DNA of 63,195 nt, the filler included, from Sphacelaria rigidula (lineage: Eukaryota): the NCBI GenBank assembly GCA_964200075.2. It is 10 parts of 10 records of this genome, joined end to end, with 100 filler letters (N's around TTAATTAATTAA, not from the genome) between each part and the next. Parts side by side here need not be neighbours in the genome. Positions count along the whole stretch, not along the records: positions 6,332 to 12,561 come from CAXNAA020021359.1; positions 12,662 to 18,891 come from CAXNAA020021360.1; positions 18,992 to 25,221 come from CAXNAA020021361.1; 7 more parts are not named here. One strand, written 5' to 3'. Each line of letters begins with the position of its first letter. Position 1 is the first letter of the stretch. This document shows positions 11,660 through 23,459 of this stretch, in pieces. Position numbers and translations under genes: made by a program. The notes under the pieces are model-generated. The model did not search any database and was not told where the DNA came from. It saw only the letters and a list, made by a program, of their open reading frames with translations.

Positions 11660-12440
11660 CGGCGGAAGGAGTCTGGTAGCTGTGGAAACCTATTAACCCA
11701 CGGACGCGTGCTATGGAAAGGGTTCCAGCTGAGGAGGCTGCAGAAAGGCGGTTGGCCGGTGATTAATCCAGACTGGAGACTTGCTGAAGCTGCGTGCAGC
11801 GGGCGTTTGGAGGCTCCTACGATTGTGTGGTACGACGACGAAGCAAGGAAAGTGCAATTCGCGAAGGTCCGCTGGCCTGCAGAGGTTCGCAGGTAGCCGG
11901 TTAGAGCTACAGCTATGGCTATCGGCTCACGAGGTACTTTCACCGTGACACCCGTGGTCATGCGGGAAGAGTTGCGACCTCCCCAATACGGGACCAGGTT
12001 CTCAGGGCGTGCATCTCGCGCTTTTTTACACGAGGTATTTGGAATACAAGGAGCGAGTTGAGCACGCTATTGCAGGGGGTGCCGTGCGGCATCGGGTGGT
12101 GACAATGACTCAACAAGTGCCAACTAATGTACAGAGAGTGTTCGCTCGTTTGGAACATAATGAGAGCTCTGTCACCTCGCCGCAATTAGTTGCGGCGATC
12201 AAAAAGCATGCTGGGCATGCGGCGGGCGACGAGGTGGATCTGACCCAAGCGTTCGTGGCCGTGGCGAAAGCTGTCGCCATGGATTCTCGGGGGGAAACGA
12301 TGTTGGAGCGGGTGGAGCCCATCTTGGTCAATTTGAAGAAGTAATTCACGGAAAATCCGAACGTAGAAGGAGTATATTGCCCCCCCGATGGTGAGTTCAT
12401 CCCCGGCCCGGCAGCAGTGATCACTAAGGCTTGGATGCAG
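11660..12440 (+). pseudogene. Decayed coding remnant, possibly an LTR-retrotransposon gag
   Basis: Protein-like frames (FYTRYLEYKERVEHA...VEPILVNLKK*FTENPNVEG) broken by stops and frameshifts; no splice signals evident. Confidence 0.3.
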
Positions 12441-12661
12441 ATGAAATATACTTTACTGTAATGCTGTCACAGATGTTGCCAGTTCCGTCTAAGGGCTGAA
12501 TCTCGTACTCAGCGCGCGGGTCTGTATGAAATAGAGGTCGTGGACCTGTGTTGTTGTTCTTNNNNNNNNNNNNNNNNNNNNNNNNNNNNNNNNNNNNNNN
12601 NNNNNTTAATTAATTAANNNNNNNNNNNNNNNNNNNNNNNNNNNNNNNNNNNNNNNNNNNN

Positions 12662-12951
12662 GCATCAGCCGGGGTCACACAGGAGGAAGGTCAACACAGA
12701 AGCTCTTTCTTTTTTATTTGTTTTTAATACCCCACCTTCCTTCTGCGATGCTTGCCTTCATTTGAGGGGTTCAGCAGTCCCTTTCCCTCGTCGACCGTTA
12801 AGTCGAATTTTTGTGTACCCACGACATAGTCGCTCTCCACTTTTGGGCATGGTGTGAGAAAGGATTCCAGATCGCTCCAGGAATCGAACCGCTCTACTCA
12901 ACCATCAGAAGGTTACGAGGTTACCAACTGCGCCACCGGGGCGGGGCGACC
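12662..12951 (-). mobile_element. tRNA-derived SINE, family 1 (cut at contig end)
   Basis: A-box GGTGGCGCAGTTGG and B-box GGTTCGATTCC on the minus strand; body matches the other copies. Confidence 0.8.
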
Positions 12952-13496
12952 AGCATGTTGAAAAATCATCACAATGCGGCCTAGCTCTGTTGTTTGAAAG
13001 TGCTGCGTACCGTACCGTACTACTGTTTATACAACCAACCCTCTGCACGGTATCGCTGTACAGTAGTTCACCGTATCGCAATGCACTGTACTGTTGTAGG
13101 GTTCTGCATTGCACTCTCTGTACCGCACTGTCTATAATTCACGCTGCACAGCACTACAGCACTACAGTGTCCTGTAGTGCGCCGTAGTAGATTGAAGTAC
13201 ATCAGGTGCAGTGAATAAGCGTAGTGTACGGTGCATACGGTGTCGCAGTGTAAGGTACACTCAGTGTTGTGCCGGCATTTACACTTCCGAAGTGGACTCT
13301 GGACGCTGGTCGATCGTACATTTGGCGGGGCAACCTGCGACCATTTACTGCGACAAAAAATATCACATCAAGCCACGTCACATCAGCGTACGCAATGACC
13401 TTGTTAACGTCCACTCTGAAGTTTAGAAGATTCCACTCTGCACTCTGACTCTATGATGAAAACACATCTTTCGAAACTCTCTGATAATGGATCAAA

Positions 13497-13971
13497 GGCC
13501 ACTTCTTGCGTTGAAAACACAATCTTATTGAAAACTGCCTTTTTGGCCGTTCTCCGTCGTTTTACGCCCGAAACGAGAGATTGGCGGATGTTGACACATT
13601 GGAATAACTTGTTCTACTCGTTGAGACCCTTCCACGACACGTTTGCGTTTTTCGGTGGCCGCAGTGTTTTCTAGACAAACTTGCATTTTCAATACCAAAC
13701 GCTCAAGTTATAAAATAAAATAAACGGGCAATTTTCCCCATATTTTCTTTTCTGTTTTTGGACAACTTGACCGTTTATTATTAAAGATGCAGGCTTGGCC
13801 AAACAAAGTGCGGCCACCACACGCAAAGGTGCCCTGGAACGGTATCATCGAGTAGAGTAAGTCATTCAAAGGGTCAACATCCGCCGAGCCCTCTGTCCGG
13901 GCGTGAAACGACGGAGGAGGGCCGAAAAAGGCAGTTTTCATCAAGAATTGTTCGACACATAACAAGTGGCT
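13497..13971. mobile_element. Older copy of the Harbinger-like foldback MITE
   Basis: Degenerate palindrome homologous to 3451-3923; a half copy also lies at ~15470-15660. Confidence 0.7.
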
Positions 13972-14149
13972 TCAAGTCCGACTCCTCCCGGGATCACCAA
14001 TCCCTGGTGATGGCCACGCGCCACACCCGGGGCAGCATTTTGTTCCTTCTTACAGTTCACCGAAGAAGTTGACCTCCGGTCCACCTTCGACGTGCTTCGT
14101 TTAAGGAAAAAGTGCGACAACATTCCGACTGATTATATATTCATTAATT

Positions 14150-14495
14150 ATATTTTCATGTCGCACCTTGAAAACCTCCCCTTTCTCGGGACGAGTCCGT
14201 GGTCTCAAGGGATCAACCCATCTCTCCCCGGTACACGCCTTGCACTTTGGTCTCGCGTATTGGGTCAGCACTCCCGCGCCGCGTTAACTCAGGTCGAACA
14301 AACTCAGTCAACGACTTTGTTTACTCACGTTCTCACACTTTCCACGGTGGAAAGCAGATGTTACAAAGGAAAAGCCCAACGCATCGGGAATCAGACCCTC
14401 GTTCTCGCCACCTTATCGGCGACAGTCGGCAGAGTCCGAAATCTCCGCAAAATTGCGATATGTACAAAAAATGTTCGTTCGTTAACCCTGATATC
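14150..14495 (-). mobile_element. SINE-like repeat, family 2
   Basis: B-box-like GGGTCTGATTCCC on the minus strand; motif GTCTCAAGGGATCAACCCATCTCTCC shared with 27710-27780 and related to 51860-51950. Confidence 0.5.
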
Positions 14496-15696
14496 GTGAC
14501 AGGAACGACTGCATCAACACCTTGACGTACACCCGAACTCGCGCGCCGTATTGCATCTGGACGATACCTCAATTGCAGTGAAGGTTCTGTTCTACTTGTG
14601 GCACGAAGCGGCACTTGACTTCAATCTTGCAGACCACCACGCCAGGGACCACTCGTTCACAAAACCATGCAGACCCCACACAACTCATTCTCAGCTACCA
14701 CCGCGACCCTGCAGCATAAAGCACGAGTTGGGAACAGGGATAGATACACTGCAGTACTTGGGTATGGCGTGTTTATTCTTGGTGAAAGCTTGAGCATCTT
14801 CTTCCATGGTGGGGATCGGCGACGGAGCTACGTGGTGGGGTGGACGAACGACTTTCCTACACTCATGAACAGTGGAGGTAGTACAAAGCTGCACGTTGTT
14901 CTCAAGTTCCATTCACGTCGCATTGTAATCAGAGAGAGTACAGACAGTCCTGCGCTGTTTGCACTGCACGCTGCCCCCTTCTCTTTCACATCCTACTGTA
15001 CGAGACACGTACACACACTCAGGCATACTGTATGAACACAGCGCAGACAGTACAGACTGTCTGTACTGTAGACAAGCGGACAAGTGTCACTTCACGATTT
15101 TCAGTCTTTTTGCGATCGATAGCTCGCAATTTCATTTTGACCCAACTCGCGAGAAATGAGCGAATTTTCTCGAATCGTTTTCACCGAAATTCTTTGATGA
15201 TCGAAGAATGATGTGCTAAGGCCAACTCTAACGGGAGCTGTTTAAAATTCCTCTTGCGAAGATTGCCTTTTGGGCCCTTCGTCGATTCACGCCCGAAAAG
15301 AGGCAAGGTGTTTGTTGACGCCTTGGGATGACATGCTCTACTAGTTGACGCCGTCATTTCAGGGCAACTTTGCTTTTCCCGCTGGCCTCTCTTTTGTTTT
15401 GGCCAAACCAGGTCAAACACGGATTCTCAGTAAAAAGCGATCACGTGATCAAAATTTCTCCCCGTTTTTCGATCGCTTGAACGTTTTTTATTGAAAATCT
15501 GTGTTTGGCCAAGCATGAAAGTGCAGCCAGCGGGAAATCCAAATTTCCCCTGGAACGGTCTCAATGAGAAGAGCAAGTCATTCCAAGGCGTCAATATCTG
15601 CCTAGCCCTCTATTCAGGCGTAAAACGACGGAGAAGGGCCAAAAAGGCAGTTTTAAACACGAGTTTTAGACGGCTCCCGCTAGAGTCGGTCTAAGA

Positions 15697-16253
15697 CACG
15701 GTATTACCCAATATTTGGGTGGCGTCTTGAAATCGCACCCGATCTACCCAAAAAATGGGTGGACAGATTCAGATCGTACCCAATTTAACCAAATTTTGGG
15801 TGTAATCTCGAGGTCATACCCAAGTGATACTTCATACCCAGGTGTTGCTGAGAGCGCTTGCTTACCCAATATTTGGGGTTAGTATTTGAGGCCGTACCCA
15901 GTGTACCCAAGATTTGGGGTCAGTATTTGAGGTCGTGCTCGATATACCCAACATTTGTATAGAGTATTGAGGTCATACCCAAGTCATACTCTATACCCAG
16001 GTATTGCTGAGAGTGCTGACCCAATATTTGGGTAGAGTGTTGATGTCGTACCCAATCTACCCAAAATTGGGGTTAGTGTTTGAGGCCGTACCTAATCTAC
16101 CCAAAATTTGGGGTTAGTGTTTGAGGTCGTACCCAATCCACCCAAAATTTGGGTCAAGTATTCGAGGCCGTACCCAATCTACCCAAACCTTGGGTAGAGT
16201 AAATACTCGGATATTTCACCCGAGTATTCAAAGGTACATACCCTACCCGACCT
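15697..16253. repeat. ~40-bp tandem array (TACCCAA...TTTGGG), probably internal to a non-autonomous DNA element
   Basis: Repeated GAGGTCGTACCCAATCTACCCAAAATTTGGG units; terminus CCCGACCTG resembles TCCGACCTG at ~390. Confidence 0.75.
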
Positions 16254-16284
16254 GCCCCTGAATAAATTTCAAATGTTGGACAGA

Positions 16285-16590
16285 TCAGCTCCCTGTAGCT
16301 CGAGCTAGCTCTTTCCCAGCGCAGCTCCATAGTGAGGTATGAGAGCTGCGTGAGCTACACATGTTTTTCTTGGGTGAGCTATAAGAGCTGCATGACCTAC
16401 GCATGTTTGTCCTAGATGAGCTACCAACCCGTAGCTCATCAGCTCATATTCGCCGTGGGTGAGCTATGAGAGCTGCATGAGCTACGCACCCCTCGATGGG
16501 CTATGAGAGCTTGATGAGCTACGCATGTTTGCCCTGGGTGAGCTACGCATGTTTGCCCTGGTTGAGCTAAATAGATACAGGAGCTACGCT
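16285..16590. repeat. GAGCT-rich short tandem array
   Basis: Units such as GAGCTACGCATGTTTGCCCTGGGT; similar sequence resumes at 17281-17310 and 18435-18495. Confidence 0.65.
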
Positions 16591-16866
16591 GATTTTGGAG
16601 TTGTTTCTGTTCCGATCCTAATGCACGTTGATGGCTTTGCCGTTTGTAGACATCAACAATGACCGCATCAGAAGCTATCCCCACCGTAGTCACCACACCC
16701 AAACACAACCACACGCACACACAATCCGCCCTACATGGCGATCGCCGGGGGCATCAGCTCTAGCGGTGCTTCAGTCGGAAATGATGCCGCGTGGATCTGG
16801 ATCCTTCGCAACAGGCGATCGATGTGGAGGAAGAAGTGAACACACATAAAACATGTGATTGCTCAA

Positions 16867-16968
16867 CCCTTTGACCGCCAGGGTAGGCGATCAATTGAAT
16901 CGGCATCATTCATACCCAAACAAAATGAATTATGCTAATACAGATCACCTACCCTCGCGGTCCAAGGG
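16867..16968. mobile_element. ~100-bp piggyBac-like MITE
   Basis: CCCTT.GACCGC.AGGGTAGG terminal inverted repeats, flanked by TCAA and TTAA. Confidence 0.65.
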
Positions 16969-17316
16969 TTAATCGATTGCACGGCGAGCATAGGTCATCT
17001 GTTGAATCGGCTTCAATTTCACTTGAAAAAAGTATGCATGACCAGATGGACTCGTGCCCTCGCTGCCAAGCGGTCAAAAAGTAATGAATTGGTTGATTAT
17101 TAAAGACATCGAATCTCAATCATGTTTTGAACCATTCGACCATGCGAACGAGGATTCGTGTTGAACTCTTTTCTTCTGACCGCGAAAAGCGAGGTAGGAA
17201 ACCACAACCTGATGATATGTTACGCCGTCCATTCGAACAAGAATGTAACATCATGAGCGACACAGGGTTTGTCAGCGGCGAGCTGGGCACATAGCGTGAG
17301 TGAGCTATGACCATTT

Positions 17317-18424
17317 CATACGTTAGACGAGTCATTACTCGTCGAAACGAGTGCACTCGTGCACGGTTTTTGAAAACACAACGAGCATGACTCGTGTGCT
17401 CGAGCCATTACTTTTGTTTTCACAACAAGTAATAACTCGTGCCCTCGAGTCGTTACTTTTTTTACAACGAGCAATGACTCGTGTGCTCGAGTTGTTACTT
17501 TTATTTACAACGAGCAATGACTCGTGCGCTCGAGTTGTTACGTTTTTCTACAACGAGCAATAACTCGAGTGCTCGAGTCATTCATTTTTTTTACAACAAG
17601 CAACGACTCGTGTGCTCGAGTCAATACATTTTTTACAACGAGCAGTAGTGTGTTCGAGTCAGTCATTGTTTTCACAACGAGCAATGACTCGTGTGCTCGA
17701 GTCATTCATTTTGTTTTACAACGAGTAATGACTAGTGTGCTCGAGTCATTCATTTTTCCACGACGAGCAATGACTCGAGTGCTCGCCCTAAAAATGTACT
17801 ACTCAAGAGATACCCTCCGCCGCTTTAGTAGAACTCTTATCTGTGGGGGGGGCGCGGGGGGGGGGGCGTACTCATTTGTTGCTTGCCTTAGTCGTCTGCT
17901 CGAATAAAATGAAAACGAGCGTTGGAGCTTGACGCTTGTACATGTGCAGATACTGTATGCATACTTCGAAGTATGAACTTAAAGATTCTAGGTTCAAGAT
18001 CGTCCAACAGATCATTATAATTATTCGCTCGCCGGATCGCTGACTCCTCCACTCAAGTCGTTCATCACGAGCAATGACTCATGTGCTCGAGTCAGTCACT
18101 TCTTCACGACGAGCGATGGCTCGAGTACTCGTCTCATTAATTTTTTCCACAACGAGCAATGACTCGAGTACTCGCCCTATTATTCTTTCCCACAACGAGC
18201 AATGACTCGAGTACGCGTCCTATTATTTTTTTCCACAACGAGCAATGACTCGAGTGTTAGCCCTATAAATTTTCCCACAACGAGCAATGACTCGGGTGCT
18301 TGCATTATCATTGTTTTCCACAACAAGCAATGACTTGAGTGCTCGCCCTATTGATTTTTACGGTCAACGAACAGCCCAAAAAATGCGAGTGCCACGAGTA
18401 ATACTCGTGCTCGTCCGACGTATG
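17317..18424 (+). mobile_element. Non-autonomous hAT-like element filled with a ~43-bp tandem array
   Basis: 15-bp TIR CATACGTTAGACGAG / CTCGTCCGACGTATG; degenerate 8-bp TSD GACCATTT/GAGTATTT; ACAACGAGCAATGACTCGAGTGCTCG units; interrupted at ~17800-18050. Confidence 0.75.
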
Positions 18425-19529
18425 GAGTATTTGTTCCCGGGGTGAGCTGCCGGACGTAGCTCATCCACTCATGTCTTCCCTGGGTGAGCTATAAACACGG
18501 GATCTCACAAATTGAGGATGGATTTTTTATTGGGGATGAGAAACCCGGAGAATTAACCCTTATGGGATTGAAGCTCACGGAACACCATGTTCACCATGTA
18601 TGAGTAAAATAATAATGAACAAGTCTGGGAGCGACCTGTCCAATCAGGGCGAGGCGAAATTTATCGACCACATCCGAATGACCGGTTGAGGAGGGCTGTC
18701 GCCAGGAGTGATGTCACTACAAAGTTAGTGTACACTATCCCTGGCCCACAAAAAAGCTTTCGAAGCAAAAGAAAGCCCAAGTGGTCGGGGCTCGGATTCC
18801 CGATTTTTTCATCATTTACTTGCATTTTATGTAGGCCCGACCTCCCATCCCCTGATTTTTTCTTGGGTCACCGTCTCATACTGAACCCTAGNNNNNNNNN
18901 NNNNNNNNNNNNNNNNNNNNNNNNNNNNNNNNNNNTTAATTAATTAANNNNNNNNNNNNNNNNNNNNNNNNNNNNNNNNNNNNNNNNNNNNCGAAACTAA
19001 ATCCGAAAAATGAACACAATCCCGGGGAGCGGTTCATTCTCAATTCAAAATACGTTCTCATTTTTCTGGCGACCCTGTTTATAGCGCGAGCGAGAATTGT
19101 TATGCGATTAGGTGGAGACAATGAATTGGTATAAGCATCCACTCATTCATCCCAAGTTACGGGAGCCCGGGTGGTTACTTCACCCCCCTGCACCCCATAC
19201 CTCTAGACCCTTGGGTTGGCGTCGAGTGGCAACGGCGCTGTAAAACAAGCCACCACAACCTACACAAATGTACAGACTGTCATCGTACATATACCGGGGA
19301 CCGCCACTAGACAAGGAAAGTCCCGGACCGACAGACAAAGCTTTCAAGAACCCAAACAATCCAGTGGTTTCCCCCCAGAAACACACAAAATGGATACAGA
19401 CATGATATACCGAAGCTGGTCGTTTTCTCCCTAACTTTAGTACTTCCTTTTCCTTAGCCACTCTGTTTTTCCTTTCTTTCTAGTATTTTCCTTCTTCTCT
19501 TTTCCTGCATTTCTCCCTTTTTCGTTTTT

Positions 19530-20330
19530 TTTTCAACCTACCACAACACAGCCCGGATATAGACATGAACTAAACAAGCTCCCCCTCCTTTTTTTTCAAC
19601 CCACCATAACAGAACCCGGACATAGAGATGAAATAGAGAACGTAACTCTCCTTTTCCTTCAATCTACCATGATACAACCCAGACATGGACATGAAATAAA
19701 GAAGCAAAGAAGCCCACCCTCCTTTCCCTTGAACCTACCACAACACAGCCCGGACATGGACATGAAATAGAAGAGCTGGCCCTCCTTTTCCTTTAAGCGA
19801 CGATAACACAGCCCGGACACAGTCAGGAAATAAAGAAGGTAACCTCCTTTTTTCTTCATCCTACGATAATACAGCCCGGACATAGACATGATATAGAGAA
19901 GCTAACCCTCCTTTTTCTTCAACCTACCATTACAGCGCCCGGACATAGACATGGAATAAAAAGCCAACCCTCCTTCTTCTTCAACCTACGATAACACAGC
20001 CCGGACATAGACATGAAATAGGTAAGCTAAACCTCTTTTTTCTTTAACCTACCAAAACACAGCCCGGACATAGACATAAAAATAGAGAAGCTGACCCTTT
20101 TATTTAACCTACCATAACACAGCGCGGACATAGACATGGAATAGAGAAGCTAACCCTCCTTTTCCTTCAAGCGACGGTAACACAGCCCGGACATGGACAT
20201 GGAATAGAGGAGCTGACCCTCCTTCTTCTTTAACCTATCATAACACAGCGCGGACATAGACATGGAATAGAGAAGCTGACCCTCTTTTTTCTTTTACCCA
20301 CCATAACACAGCCCAAACATGGACGTGGAG
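19530..20330 (+). repeat. 63-bp minisatellite, ~13 copies
   Basis: CACAGCCCGGACATAGACATG core recurring mostly every 61-64 bp. Confidence 0.92.
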
Positions 20331-20399
20331 TCGCGAAAAATAACAGATCTACTGTCCCATATCAAGTCTGAAAACAACCGAGATTCTCCCCCCGATATC

Positions 20400-23300
20400 A
20401 TATGAAACGTAAGACAAGAATAAATCCAAAACCTAGACATGTAAGCAACAGCGTGAAGACTGACCAGCTTACATGCAAATCAAAAGTACAGAAGATATAA
20501 TCAGTACGGATAGGGTAGGGTCATCACCCCCTCCATGTCAAATTCACATGGAGGTTGGGGTCTCGTGGTGAGATACCCGTCAAACCTTACCGGTTTCCAT
20601 TGGGCGGTGGAAGTCTGGTCAGCCAATTCCAGAAATTTCCGACATTAGGTGCAAAGCGCGCCTAATGAAGGCAAGGGGTGGACAACACATGACATAAATG
20701 TCAAGACCTATTGCACTCATGAAACAAATACCTTACCGATGACCGACCACGTGACCTACGAGAAGGAGCCCCAAGCGGTACGTAGAATTCTTGAGATTGT
20801 GAAGGATAGAAGCTGGTACAAAGTGTGGGGGAATCATTGGCCAAGCTTTCGGCAGCGAAGGTTTACTCGGAAGTATCAGTGGAGTAGCGACCCATGATGA
20901 ACCGTACACGGAGTTAAAACGTGATATACAAGACATCCCGATGTGAGTAAGACCTTGTGTTATACAAGCCGTCCTTGAACAAGCTTACACGGTGAAAATG
21001 ACCTCCCTGGTGGGAAGTAACCAGTAAAGTAGAGGGACAAGAAGATAGAAGATACGATCGTGGGACGCCTGGATGGTTTACCATGAGGATCGCCTGGCAC
21101 AAATGGGGGGTACTTGTGTCAAAGGTGTTGAACTTGACTTCACACTACGAGCCCGTGTTGGTGGCATCATCGAGTGTCGATGAGCCAGCAAAAGAATTGA
21201 AAGGAACCGGACCCCCAACAAGTTCTAGGATTGTGATGTCCCAGTACGTTGAAGGTATCCCACCAATACAAGTGAAACGAACAAGCTGGAGATTCTCTCA
21301 AAGGAGATCGAGAGAGACAGACGGTAAGGAAGGACGGATGGAGGAGTAAAGAGTGGTTGGGTAAAGTACTAGTAGTGCTGGTATTCGTAATCCGTAGCGA
21401 CATGACGAGAATAGAGTTCAAAACCAAATGCGATGAAGTCGGATTACCCTGTTTGGCGACAGGAAAAGTAGAAAGGGAAAGAGAGCACTTCCGAGTCACA
21501 CTAAAACAGAGAGCGAGCAAGAAGTGGGAAAGGATAGAAACAAGTAAGGTATCGGCATGGGTTAGAAGGGTACGATGGAGAGTGTGCATTGCTACCGAAA
21601 TAACAAACCTAAGACGTAGTGCACGGGCAAACGGAAGAAAAGAGAGGCAGAAGCAGGTGAATGCCCGGAAGAGGAAGGAGAGGGGACACAGCGCCCCGGA
21701 GCAAATAGACGAAGTCCAAACCGGCAAGGGACAGAACAATCAAGCGAGAGAAAGTGTGAGTAAGAGACACGGGAAGAGGATAGGAGACAACGTAAGAGCA
21801 ACTAAGGATTCGGAAAGAAAGTTGAGAATAGGATCGTGGAACGTGTGTGACTTCGCCACAGACGAGCCCAAAAGAACAGAGATAATAGTAGAACAAGTAA
21901 GGATGCGCGACCTAGATATAGTAGGAATTAAAGAGTCATGGGAGAACCAGGGGGTGGAAACAGGACGTACAGTTGAAGAGTACGCATGGATAGGGAAAAA
22001 GCGGAAGGAACAGAAGGCCAAGAGCAGGGGAGCGGAGGGAGTAGATTTTTTAGTCAAGGAATACCTGTGTGACATTATAGAAGTGATCCATGACACGAAA
22101 TTTGACGAAATCATATGGAGAAGGGTGTCAGGAGAGCGGGGAACGAAGGATTTCTGTGTAGGGAACATCTACATGCCCCAAAATCGAAGAGTAGGGTGGA
22201 CGATATTCAGCGTAGGTTTGGAGAGATAGCAGCAGATGTACATAAGTATAAAAGGCAAGGAGAAGTAATGTTAGTGGGAGATTTGAATGCAAGGGTATCG
22301 GAAAAGCAGGTGAACCGGATAATATCATTGGGCAATACGGGGTAGATAAGAAAAACACGGACGGGGTAGAAAGGCTCAAGTTCCTTGAGCATAACGAGAT
22401 GAAGACGCTGAACGATAGAGTACCAAAGCCAGAGGGGCAATGGACATGGACGAGGGGATGCAGACAGAAAAAGAGAGAACGCTCCGTTCTTGACTATATA
22501 GTGGTAAAGCATGGGAATAGTGAAGAAATGGAAGTACATGCATGCGCGGAGGATGTGGGAACCACAGATCACTGCCTAATATGGACAGATAGCCAGCAGA
22601 CGAGAGCTAAACGGAATAGGCGGGGTAGGAAGTTGTACAAATGGAGAATCGATGAAGTAGAACTGGAAGGAAAACAGCAAGAGTTCCAAGAAGAGATGGT
22701 CAAAAAAAGAAGAGATGGTCAAAAACGCAGTAAAATTCTCCGAGCTGTTTGAACGCGTAGGTGCAGTTGATACCGAAATTGAAAGGAATCGGGCAGGACT
22801 GAAGATTTGATGGGAGCAGCTGGTCAAGAGCACAGCGAGGAAAGTCATAGGGAGGAAACTGATAGTATGCAACAGAACAGTAAAATGGTGGGATGAGGAA
22901 GTAAAAGAGGCTATGAGAGTAGGGAGAAAGGCCCACGCGAGATGGATGTCGAGCAAAAGTACAGTAGGATAGGAGGAGGAGGATACTAAAGCTCGAAATA
23001 AAGTAAACAGTATGGTACAGAAGAAGGAGGAGGAAGTTTGGGAAGGTGTAGTGAAAACAACAAATGAAGATTTCGACGGTGGGATGAAACAAATACGGGC
23101 AGGGATCAAAAGGGATTATGGGAAACCAGGCAAGAAAGATAGACAACGGGATAGCCACACTACGGGCACAGAACGGGAAAATGGTCGGCAAATCGAAAGG
23201 AAAAGAGAAGTGCTAGTCGAGGACTACCGTAAACTAGGAACACCAAAAGCTGACACGAAGTTCGACACGGAGTTCGAAAAAGAGATCAACGAGTGGGCAA

Positions 23301-23455
23301 AAGCAAATGTAGAGGCGTCAAAACTGGAGGTTAGTTTCTCGAAATAATTCGAGAGAGAATTTACCAGAGATGGAGTAAAGGAGTGCGTAGCTAAACTCAA
23401 AGAAAAAAAGGCAGCAGGGGCCGACGGAACAGCGAATGAGTTTCTGAAGCATGTG
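20400..23455 (+). mobile_element. Decayed LINE: putative ORF1 region, APE endonuclease and start of RT (3' truncated)
   Basis: LRIGSWNV, DIVGIKESW, VMLVGDLNARV, SVLDYIVV, TDHCLIW, KKAAGADG motifs; the 5' boundary is uncertain. Confidence 0.88.
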
Positions 23456-23459
23456 GGAG

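Noticed and set aside
17380..18350. CRISPR array
   Set aside because: The putative spacers are mutually similar T-rich linkers, repeats are degenerate, there are no cas genes, the context is eukaryotic and TIRs bound the array
19530..20330. CRISPR array with 63-bp period
   Set aside because: The whole unit is conserved, with no unique spacers
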